From: Promethearchaeia archaeon
Lineage (GTDB): Archaea > Asgardarchaeota > Lokiarchaeia > Sigyniarchaeales > SOKP01
Length of the DNA stretch: 15,754 nt
Assembly (NCBI GenBank): GCA_046497275.1
Contig: JAWOFX010000016.1
Coordinates: 1 to 15,754, forward strand
Direction of reading: 5' to 3'
This document shows, in pieces, positions 1 to 7,447 of the stretch (positions are counted from its first letter, which is position 1; the number at the start of each line of letters is the position of its first letter). The position numbers and the translations under genes were made by a program. The notes under the pieces are model-generated. The model was not told the origin of the DNA. It made no database searches and saw only the letters and a program-made list of their open reading frames with translations.

Positions 1-921
1 ATTCAGAATAATGTAATTAATCCCATAATATCTTCTTTTAGAATGAAAGTCGATGCAGGTGTTGAAGTTATTAATTATCCGCAACACATAGATATGTATA
101 GTCAATTCTTAAAACCTATCCAAAAATACGAAACATCACCAGGATTAATAGAAAAAGAAAAAGCTATAATCCCAGAAATTAATTATATTGAAAATTTTGT
201 TAAAAAAAATTATAAAAATTTAGATAAACCCTTTAAAATTAAGATATGTGTCACAGGACCGATTGAACTTTATATAAAAAGACATTCATTTACAATATAT
301 CAAGATATGGCTTTAAACTACGCAAAATCCGTAAATTCTTTCATTAAAAATAGTTTACGTAATAATCGATATCTCAATACCTCAGTAATCTCAATTGATG
401 AACCTTCTTTTGGGTATGTCGATTTAATTAATGTAAATGATGATGATTTGATAAATATATTTGATAAATCTTTAGAGGGCATAAATTGTATGAATCAAAT
501 TCATCTTCATTCGTTAAAACGTTCGATTATTCCCTTAAAAACTAAAAATGTAGATACATTAACCTGTGAATATGCCTCGGATAACTCAAATGTAATTTCA
601 AAGCAACTTCTCGATAAATATGACAAATTCATAAGAGTTGGAATTACCAGAACTAATATAAATAGCATTATGGCAGAAGCTCTGGATTCTGGTATTACTT
701 ATGAACAATTAAAGACTTATGAAGGATTAGTAAGTTTAATAGATACCAAGGAACAAATAAAGCAAAATTTAAGGAACGCAATAAATCATTATAGAGACCG
801 TTTAAGATTTATAGGACCAGATTGTGGATTATCTGGATGGAAACCGCCAAAATTAGCATTTAAGTTATTAAAAAGAACTAGACTTGCAATTGAAGAAACT
901 AAAGAGGAGATCAAGGTATAA
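1..921 (+). CDS. Cobalamin-independent methionine synthase catalytic-domain-like protein (core MetE / URO-D-CIMS barrel), 5'-truncated by the window
   Basis: Frame 1 is open from base 1 (IQNNVINPIISSFR-MKVDAG...), so the true start is upstream of the window. Motifs AGVEVINYPQ, VTGP, SIDEP, IHLH and GPDCGL match the archaeal Meth_synt_2 family. Confidence 0.8.
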   Translation: MQNNVINPIISSFRMKVDAGVEVINYPQHIDMYSQFLKPIQKYETSPGLIEKEKAIIPEINYIENFVKKNYKNLDKPFKIKICVTGPIELYIKRHSFTIYQDMALNYAKSVNSFIKNSLRNNRYLNTSVISIDEPSFGYVDLINVNDDDLINIFDKSLEGINCMNQIHLHSLKRSIIPLKTKNVDTLTCEYASDNSNVISKQLLDKYDKFIRVGITRTNINSIMAEALDSGITYEQLKTYEGLVSLIDTKEQIKQNLRNAINHYRDRLRFIGPDCGLSGWKPPKLAFKLLKRTRLAIEETKEEIKV

Positions 922-958
922 ATCATATTTTCGGATCTTTACTTATTAAAATTATCAT

Positions 959-975
959 AAAACCTAATAGCTTAT
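959..975. promoter_or_regulatory. Degenerate copy of the 17-bp palindrome (AAAACCTA-A-TAGCTTAT)
   Basis: 14 of 16 arm positions match the site at 15672-15688. Intergenic, upstream of the 113-aa gene. Confidence 0.4.
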
Positions 976-1093
976 TTAATACAATTATTCCTCCCTAATT
1001 TGAGATTTAAAATAGTTTTTTCTCAGCCTTATAATTTTTTTGATTATAGGATAAAGTGAATTACTTTAATTTTTTAAATTCATTTTTAAAATT

Positions 1094-1435
1094 ATGGAGG
1101 ATAGACAATCAATACCACAGATTATATATGCATTTCGGAATATATTAGAGGATATATTCCAAGTCTCGATTAGAGATGATTATATTAATAAGATATTTTC
1201 AAATGATTATAAAGACGAGGTTAATAAAAAGATAGACCACTATTTTGAAAATGAAATTAATGAACTATATACCCCGAAGGAGTTATATACGATGAAAGAT
1301 GGCGTGCAATATCTGCTAGAAAAAATTCGAAACTCAAACAGAGTTATGAAGATCCTTTTTTATTTGACCTTGTTTCATAAAGATGAAATTATTCTAGAAA
1401 ATGAAATTTCAGATCTTTTAGATAGAATTTTATAA
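1094..1435 (+). CDS. Hypothetical protein, 113 aa, predicted helical
   Basis: ATG-started ORF with protein-like composition filling the gap between neighbours. No recognisable motif. Confidence 0.7.
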   Translation: MEDRQSIPQIIYAFRNILEDIFQVSIRDDYINKIFSNDYKDEVNKKIDHYFENEINELYTPKELYTMKDGVQYLLEKIRNSNRVMKILFYLTLFHKDEIILENEISDLLDRIL

Positions 1436-1445
1436 TTTTACTCTT

Positions 1446-2348
1446 CTAGTTTCTTCTTTTCGTTTGATATGGAAATTCATATCTTTTATCTTTAGATTTA
1501 ACAAGATCGTAATTATTATAATTAATTTTTAATCCAATTTTTTCAGGTGATCGATTATAGAATTTGACAAACCCTCCAATTGTTGTATTAGAAAAAAGAT
1601 AATATAGGATTCTTTCTCTAAAACTCGTATTGGTAAATGTTTTGGGGGCTAAAGGAATTCCTTTTCTATTAAATTTTTGCTTTCGAAAACTTTCTGAAAA
1701 TTTTCCAGTTTCCAAAAAATGTCTTAATATACTTAATTTATTATAGAAATTGATAATAAATTTGGATTGAATAGGGGAATATTGGCTTCTGTGTTGCTTG
1801 GTGGCGTTTTCAATGATTTTAAAATCATGCCATCTACATTGTATATAATAATGTGTTTTTGAAGAATAATAGTAGAAAATTGCTTTAGGTCGAAATTTAA
1901 TAGACTTATTTCTCATTGAAAAATATACCAAACGTCCAGTATTCAAGTGATCTGAGTGAAAATCTTGAGAATACCATGGATCTGGAGCAAAGATTATCGT
2001 TGGCTTTTCTCTATTAATTAAATTTATAAAATCTATCAAAGAATCTTTATTCAAGGGGAGATGTCCATCAATAAAACCCATTCGAATAACTTTTATTTTA
2101 TTTTTAGATGCGTTTTCAAATACACTATTTGCTTTTAATAATTCAAATTCTCTAATTTTTCTTAATCGTTTGCCTTTAAATTCATCCCTTAATGTTCCAT
2201 ATTCATTGCCCGTCATTACTACCTCTATCACTTGATTTCCTAATCTTAAAGCTTCCAAATACATAAAAGGAACACCTAACTCAATATCATCTGCATGAGG
2301 AGTAAAGAATAAAATTTTAATGTTTGAATTCACCGAGATCTTCCTCAT
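1446..2348 (-). CDS. PIG-L/LmbE-family metal-dependent N-acetyl deacetylase
   Basis: N-terminal FTPHADDIELG (HxDD), central GFIDG and HSDH (HxDH) zinc motifs. Extra C-terminal region of about 100 aa. Confidence 0.9.
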   Translation of the reverse strand: MRKISVNSNIKILFFTPHADDIELGVPFMYLEALRLGNQVIEVVMTGNEYGTLRDEFKGKRLRKIREFELLKANSVFENASKNKIKVIRMGFIDGHLPLNKDSLIDFINLINREKPTIIFAPDPWYSQDFHSDHLNTGRLVYFSMRNKSIKFRPKAIFYYYSSKTHYYIQCRWHDFKIIENATKQHRSQYSPIQSKFIINFYNKLSILRHFLETGKFSESFRKQKFNRKGIPLAPKTFTNTSFRERILYYLFSNTTIGGFVKFYNRSPEKIGLKINYNNYDLVKSKDKRYEFPYQTKRRN

Positions 2349-2366
2349 AAATAATTATCTATTAAA

Positions 2367-2957
2367 TTATTCGATATTTTTGAATTTAATGGCGATTTCA
2401 AAATAAAAAATTAATGCAAGAATATAATGAATTAATATCGCAAAAAAGATTCCTAAATTTAGAAATACATAAGCGTTTAGGAGCCCTAATAGGAAGGAAT
2501 ATCCGATATATAAGAAAGTAATTGCTTTATTATGGTGTGAAAACCAAATGTGAAGATGATATAGGGAAAAGATTGAGCTCGAAATCAAAATGACATAGAT
2601 TGGACCCATAAGGTGGATAAGCACGCCTATTATATAAAATCTAAAAATTAATTCCTCCATTATTATGGTTACCAGAAAGCTTGTGAAGATTACAAAATAT
2701 TTTGATTCTAAAAAGGCATTAACAACTTCATGATCTTTCATTATATCAAAAATTTTTTGATTAATTTGATATCGAACAGTTAAATAACTCAAAAGATATA
2801 AAATGAAAATTCCCGAAATTATAAGAGTAATATTAATTATATTAATTCTCCATGGAAAGAGATATTCAATGCTAAAACCGAAAAAAATAGGAGTAATCAG
2901 AAACATCACAATTATTATTTTAATTATTACTTTGAAGTCAATCTCTTTCATTTTCAT
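2367..2957 (-). CDS. CPBP (Abi/CAAX, Rce1-like) intramembrane glutamic endopeptidase family protein
   Basis: Several hydrophobic helices with EELIFR (EExxxR), FSLYH (FxxxH) and a third-motif His (IHYIL). I prefer ATG 2957 (AAGTGA upstream) over the TTG at 2972; ATG 2951 is also possible. Confidence 0.85.
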   Translation of the reverse strand: MKMKEIDFKVIIKIIIVMFLITPIFFGFSIEYLFPWRINIINITLIISGIFILYLLSYLTVRYQINQKIFDIMKDHEVVNAFLESKYFVIFTSFLVTIIMEELIFRFYIIGVLIHLMGPIYVILISSSIFSLYHLHIWFSHHNKAITFLYIGYSFLLGLLNAYVFLNLGIFFAILIHYILALIFYFEIAIKFKNIE

Positions 2958-3097
2958 AAATTCACTTTCCAAAACTAATTCTTATGAGAATTAAAATTTA
3001 ACTAATATTAAATGGATTTATTTCTTTTTAAAATTTTGATAATTTAATTAGGACATGATAAAATTAAATTGAAAATCTACTTATTTTTAATTAGCTA

Positions 3098-4048
3098 ATG
3101 TCTTTAATCCCTGAAAGAATATTTCATGATATTGAAAAAAAAAACCTAAGTCTAAAACAAGGGGTTTATTTATTAAAATCGTTTATTGAAAATTCCAGAG
3201 ATCCTAAGCTTAGATTGTCTGGGTTAAAATATTTAAAACGATTGAATATTAAAAATAAATCAATATACTCCTTATTAGAAAATTTATTGATTTCTGATAT
3301 GGATGAGAGAGTAAGAGTTTATGCTGCCGACTTTCTTTCATCTAAATATATACAAAAAGCCATTTCTCCAATAAGTTGGGCAATTCAATATGAAAAGAAT
3401 TACTTTTGTGAAATTTCACTTATTAAAAGTCTCGCTAGAATAAATAATACCAAAGCTAAACAGATATTAGTTAAGCAAATACAAGAAATATGTTCTAAAG
3501 ATTATATTGATACTCAGGATCTTTATCACAATTTTGGTTTTATTAAGAGTATAAAAAATGCGTATGATTTTCATTGGAACAAAATTCCTACGGGTGATAT
3601 TGCGGATATATTAATTAACTTTAAAACTATATCCAATTTAATCCAAGAATTTTATTATGTATTCTTCGAATGGGAAAAAGGACGTGTAATTAGTTTAGAT
3701 TTATCAGAATTAGGTTGGAATGTATCTCGTACATGGGAATTCATTGATGCGAGTAAAATCAGAGATTTAAAAGAAATACCGGGAATTTTTAATTTAAAGA
3801 ATCTACGAGTGTTAGATCTTTCAAATAATCATCTAAAATCAATAAAAGAATTATTAAAGTTCCCTTATCTTACGCATTTATATCTAAAAAACAATAATTT
3901 AGAGGATCCTGAAAACCTCACATATGTTAAAGAAATGAAAAAATTAGAATATATTGACATTCGGGGAAATAAAATCGCGAATTATATAAATAAAAGTGAG
4001 TTTTCGAATCTAAATCTAATTCTGAAAGATTATTTAGTTTTTATGTAA
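3098..4048 (+). CDS. HEAT-repeat + leucine-rich-repeat protein
   Basis: N-terminal HEAT-like units (DPKLRLSGLKYL; DMDERVRVYAADFL). C-terminal LxxLxLxxNxL repeats: LRVLDLSNNHL, LTHLYLKNNNL, LEYIDIRGNKI. Confidence 0.85.
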   Translation: MSLIPERIFHDIEKKNLSLKQGVYLLKSFIENSRDPKLRLSGLKYLKRLNIKNKSIYSLLENLLISDMDERVRVYAADFLSSKYIQKAISPISWAIQYEKNYFCEISLIKSLARINNTKAKQILVKQIQEICSKDYIDTQDLYHNFGFIKSIKNAYDFHWNKIPTGDIADILINFKTISNLIQEFYYVFFEWEKGRVISLDLSELGWNVSRTWEFIDASKIRDLKEIPGIFNLKNLRVLDLSNNHLKSIKELLKFPYLTHLYLKNNNLEDPENLTYVKEMKKLEYIDIRGNKIANYINKSEFSNLNLILKDYLVFM

Positions 4049-4170
4049 AATAACTTTACTATTTTTCCGTTAAACAATTAGAGCATTTTAAAAACCATAT
4101 TAATATTTTTTGATTTAATTTATTTACAAAAATCCATTAAATTCTAGTAATAAATTAAAAAAATGGAATA

Positions 4171-5691
4171 ATGTCAGAATTATATCAAAAATTAGAGAAT
4201 ATTGTATCTGGAAAGTTTATATCGAATAGCGAATATGTGCGTCATGCTTATTCTAGGAATGTTGATCCCCTATTACAAGGAATTCCTGATATAGTTATTC
4301 GCCCAAAAGACGCTCAAGAAATCTCAGAGATTATGAAAATAGCAAATGAAGAGAATATTCCAATTTATCCTCGTGGTGGAGGAGATTGTGAATTTGGAGG
4401 CAGTAAACCAATTGGAAATGCTGGAATTGTACTAGATATGAAACGAATGGATAACATAATTAACTTAGATGAAGAAAATCTTATAGCAACCGTTGAAGCG
4501 GGTATTTCATGGGCGAAATTAAATGAATATTTATCTGATTTTGGTCTTTATACAGGATGCATGGGTCCTGGAAGTGGTATGACTGCCTCAATCGGAGGTG
4601 GAATTTCCCATCATAGTGTTGGGGGAGGAGGTTGCGCTAAGTATGGGGCTTGTACTAATCAAGTCGTTTCATTAGAAGTTGTTTTACCAACGGGGGAGAT
4701 TATTGAAACAGGTTCCCAAGCAAACAAATATTCTAAATATCCATTCAATCGATTTGGAAATGGGCCAGATTTAGCCGGTTTATTTTGTGGAGACAATGGA
4801 ATTATGGGGGTTAAAACACAGGTTTCATTACAAGTATTTCCTCGACCAACTTATGCAAATTACAAAACATTTACGTTGAACAGAAAATCGGCAGAAATTA
4901 GTTCAGAAATATTATCTGATATACGAAAGAAAGGAATTGATGTCTATGATGCTATGTATATAATGGATTTGGTTGTAAATCTTGGATGCTCGCAAGGAAT
5001 TTTTCCACTTTGGGATTCTCTTAAAAAGAAAAAAGGTATATTTTTTTATACGATTGAAGCTAATTCAGAAGCTGAACTGGAAGAAAAAACAAATCAATTA
5101 GATGACATAATTTTAAGTAAAAAGAAGACTAAAGAATTAGGTCCAGAAATTTCGGATGGAAATTATGCCAAATGGCATTATGAAGAACAAGGGCATTGGC
5201 AAACTTATCATAATCTTTGGGGACTATATCCTGCCCTTGAACCATTAACCGCTGAATGCTTCACTCCAATAAACACATATCCTTCTCTATTAGCAGATTT
5301 AGATCAGTGGGATGTTGAAAATAATGAAGATATTCAAAAAATAACAGATATTACAGGAGTAAGACCGATTACAGGCAGCGGTCCCATTTTATTAGTTGAT
5401 GGATCTAATGTTGAGCTCACTTGTGGTTTTACAAGTTTCGCAGCATATTATAATGGAGAATATCATGAAATAATTGACGAAATTAATGAAAAATTATGGA
5501 AATCAATCTTAGAGAGGCTTACGAAACATGGAGTTCAATGGTATATGATGGGAGAAATGATGTCCCGCGTAATGGTCGAAATTAGTGCATATTCAGAGAC
5601 TTTTTATGAACTATTGAAGTCTATTAAAACTAAAATTGATCCCAATCTAATATTGAGTAGAGGAAAATTTGATTTTGGAGGTGTGGAGTAA
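4171..5691 (+). CDS. FAD-binding oxidoreductase, VAO/PCMH (GlcD / D-lactate dehydrogenase-like) family
   Basis: PDIVIRP, IPIYPRGGG, ATVEAGI, ASIGG, GPDLAGLFCGDNGIMGV and the C-terminal DPNLILSRGK correspond to FAD_binding_4 / FAD-oxidase_C motifs. Confidence 0.9.
   Translation: MSELYQKLENIVSGKFISNSEYVRHAYSRNVDPLLQGIPDIVIRPKDAQEISEIMKIANEENIPIYPRGGGDCEFGGSKPIGNAGIVLDMKRMDNIINLDEENLIATVEAGISWAKLNEYLSDFGLYTGCMGPGSGMTASIGGGISHHSVGGGGCAKYGACTNQVVSLEVVLPTGEIIETGSQANKYSKYPFNRFGNGPDLAGLFCGDNGIMGVKTQVSLQVFPRPTYANYKTFTLNRKSAEISSEILSDIRKKGIDVYDAMYIMDLVVNLGCSQGIFPLWDSLKKKKGIFFYTIEANSEAELEEKTNQLDDIILSKKKTKELGPEISDGNYAKWHYEEQGHWQTYHNLWGLYPALEPLTAECFTPINTYPSLLADLDQWDVENNEDIQKITDITGVRPITGSGPILLVDGSNVELTCGFTSFAAYYNGEYHEIIDEINEKLWKSILERLTKHGVQWYMMGEMMSRVMVEISAYSETFYELLKSIKTKIDPNLILSRGKFDFGGVE
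5677..5683 (+). promoter_or_regulatory. Shine-Dalgarno site (GGAGGTG) for the Fe-S gene, indicating translational coupling
   Basis: Strong archaeal SD inside the 3' end of the FAD gene, 9 nt before ATG 5693. Confidence 0.8.
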
Positions 5692-5692
5692 T

Positions 5693-6925
5693 ATGACTGA
5701 ATTAAAAAACCTTAAAGAGCAATCAAAAGCGATTTTCAGTTGCATGGGATGCGGAGATTGCGGTTATGCTATTCATACAGCGATTAATCGATATTTAACA
5801 TGTCCAATAAAAGAAGCAAAAGGGGAGGAAGGATTTGAAATCTGGTTTGCCCGTGGAAGAATGAATGTTTTAAAAAGTATCCTAGAAGGTAAAATTCCTT
5901 TAAGCAAGGAATTGTCGGAATATGTATATCAATGTTCTGAATGTGGTAATTGTACTGAAGTATGTCATATGACTCAAAATGAAAATATTGTACTTAATAC
6001 ATCAAAATGGATTGATCATGTTGAAGTGTGGAATGCTTTAAGAAAAGATCTTGTTGAAGCCGGATTTGCGCCCTTAGAGAGACATAAAATCTTAATTGAA
6101 TATATGAATAACCCAGAAATGAGAAATCCATATGGTGAACAAAAAATACAAAAGACTGAATGGGCGTCTGAATTTTCAAATATTAAAGAGAAAGCAGATC
6201 TTGTATTTTTCACTGGCTGTACAATGCCTTTAAGGCAAGTGGAAACTTTAAGGAGTCTAATGAAAATTTTAGACTCTGCTAATATTGAGATAGCTCTTCT
6301 TGACGATGAATGGTGTTGTGGTTCGATTGCTCTCAGAATCGGAGATGTAGAATCAGTTATGGACTCAATTAATCATAATATTGATCAAATCAAAGACCTA
6401 GGTGGAAAAGAACTATTCACAGCATGTGCTGGCTGCTACAGGACATTGAATAAGGATTATCCTGAAATCTTAGGGGAAGAATTACCTTTTAAGGTAAAAC
6501 ATATTACAGAGATTTTAATTGACTTGATTAATGAAAATAAAATCCCCTTTAAAGAAGAACTTGAAACTAAAGAAGTCACATATCATGATCCTTGTCATTT
6601 AGGAAGACATATGGATTTATATGATATTCCCAGAGAAGTCATTTCAAAAATACCCGGGGTAGAATTGATCGAAATGAAACGGAATCGGAAGAATGCGTGG
6701 TGTTGTGGTGCTGGTGGAGGAGTAAAAAGCCAATTCTCAGATTTAGCTGTTGAAATCTCTAAACAGCGTATAATGGAGGCTATTGAAAGTGGAGCAGATA
6801 TATTAACGACCAGCTGCCCTTTTTGTATAGGTAATTTTAGAGATGCCTATGAGGAAATGGATTCCGAAAATCAAGCAAAGATCGAAGTCATTGATGTTAT
6901 TGATCTCATAGCTTCGAAATTATAA
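5693..6925 (+). CDS. (Fe-S)-binding protein with 4Fe-4S dicluster and two CCG domains (GlcF/HdrD-like)
   Basis: CMGCGDC...CP and CSECGNCTEVC; CCG motifs FTGC, WCCGS, TACAGC, YHDPCHLGR, WCCGAGGG, TSCPFC. Start revised to ATG 5693: 1 nt after the upstream stop and 9 nt after GGAGGTG (5677-5683). Confidence 0.92.
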   Translation: MTELKNLKEQSKAIFSCMGCGDCGYAIHTAINRYLTCPIKEAKGEEGFEIWFARGRMNVLKSILEGKIPLSKELSEYVYQCSECGNCTEVCHMTQNENIVLNTSKWIDHVEVWNALRKDLVEAGFAPLERHKILIEYMNNPEMRNPYGEQKIQKTEWASEFSNIKEKADLVFFTGCTMPLRQVETLRSLMKILDSANIEIALLDDEWCCGSIALRIGDVESVMDSINHNIDQIKDLGGKELFTACAGCYRTLNKDYPEILGEELPFKVKHITEILIDLINENKIPFKEELETKEVTYHDPCHLGRHMDLYDIPREVISKIPGVELIEMKRNRKNAWCCGAGGGVKSQFSDLAVEISKQRIMEAIESGADILTTSCPFCIGNFRDAYEEMDSENQAKIEVIDVIDLIASKL

Positions 6926-6943
6926 TTATAATTTATTGAACAA

Positions 6944-7020
6944 TCAAATGTTTTTTAAAAAATAACATTTGAAATAACTCCTTTTTTTATTAAAAATCCC
7001 GAAAGTATAAATAAAAAAAA
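6944..7020. terminator. Candidate bidirectional terminator between convergent genes
   Basis: 9-bp inverted repeat TCAAATGTT (6944-6952) / AACATTTGA (6964-6972), T7 tract on + (6982-6988), A8 tract = T8 on - (7013-7020). Confidence 0.5.
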
Positions 7021-7034
7021 TAGGAAGTTAATTT

Positions 7035-7367
7035 TTAGTAAAACACACCTGTGTAGACAATAAACGCAAGAATCAGTTGAAAAAGAAGAATAAATACTGT
7101 GATTAACGTCAGAATAAAAACCTTTTTGTCCAGTTTCTGAGATAATTCTCCTTTATTAGATTTAACTAATGTGAAAATAAAGTTTAGTGCAATTAGAAGT
7201 ATATTAATAAGTGCTATAAATGTGAAAATTGCAAACATCGGATTATCTGATCCATAAATAAATTCCCCGAAATATTGGAATAAGGTAAACTCTATATATA
7301 AAATTATTGCATTTATTATCATAATGGCCGTAATTGGTGCAAAATTTCTTTCACTCACTTTTCTCAA
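7035..7367 (-). CDS. Small hypothetical membrane protein (about 3 TM helices)
   Basis: Three long hydrophobic segments. TTG start immediately after an in-frame TAG; the start is uncertain. Confidence 0.75.
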   Translation of the reverse strand: MRKVSERNFAPITAIMIINAIILYIEFTLFQYFGEFIYGSDNPMFAIFTFIALINILLIALNFIFTLVKSNKGELSQKLDKKVFILTLITVFILLFQLILAFIVYTGVFY

Positions 7368-7447
7368 CTATTTTTTTTATCTTAAATATTGGATATTGGT
7401 TTTTATCATATCATATCTTTAAAAAAGATTTTGTTTTTTCCACATAT

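Noticed and set aside
925-997. Strong SD-like AGGGAGG on the - strand (about 989-997) followed by a roughly 20-codon open frame
   Set aside because: No properly spaced ATG/GTG (the nearest TTG gives a 2-codon ORF); the peptide is too short to support.
2803-2994. 63-aa + strand ORF
   Set aside because: Antisense shadow of the CPBP gene; low-complexity Ile-rich translation.
5669-5692. TTG start and N-terminal extension of the Fe-S protein in the ORF track
   Set aside because: ATG 5693 has a strong SD and abuts the upstream stop, so the extension is unnecessary.
5994-6213. Two short - strand ORFs (61 and 65 aa)
   Set aside because: Fully inside the well-supported Fe-S gene on the opposite strand; no motifs.
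6920-6931. Short AT-only palindromes (TTATAATTATAA here; also ATATTAATAT 4097-4106 and GTTTTAAAAC 15591-15600)
   Set aside because: Expected by chance in very AT-rich DNA.
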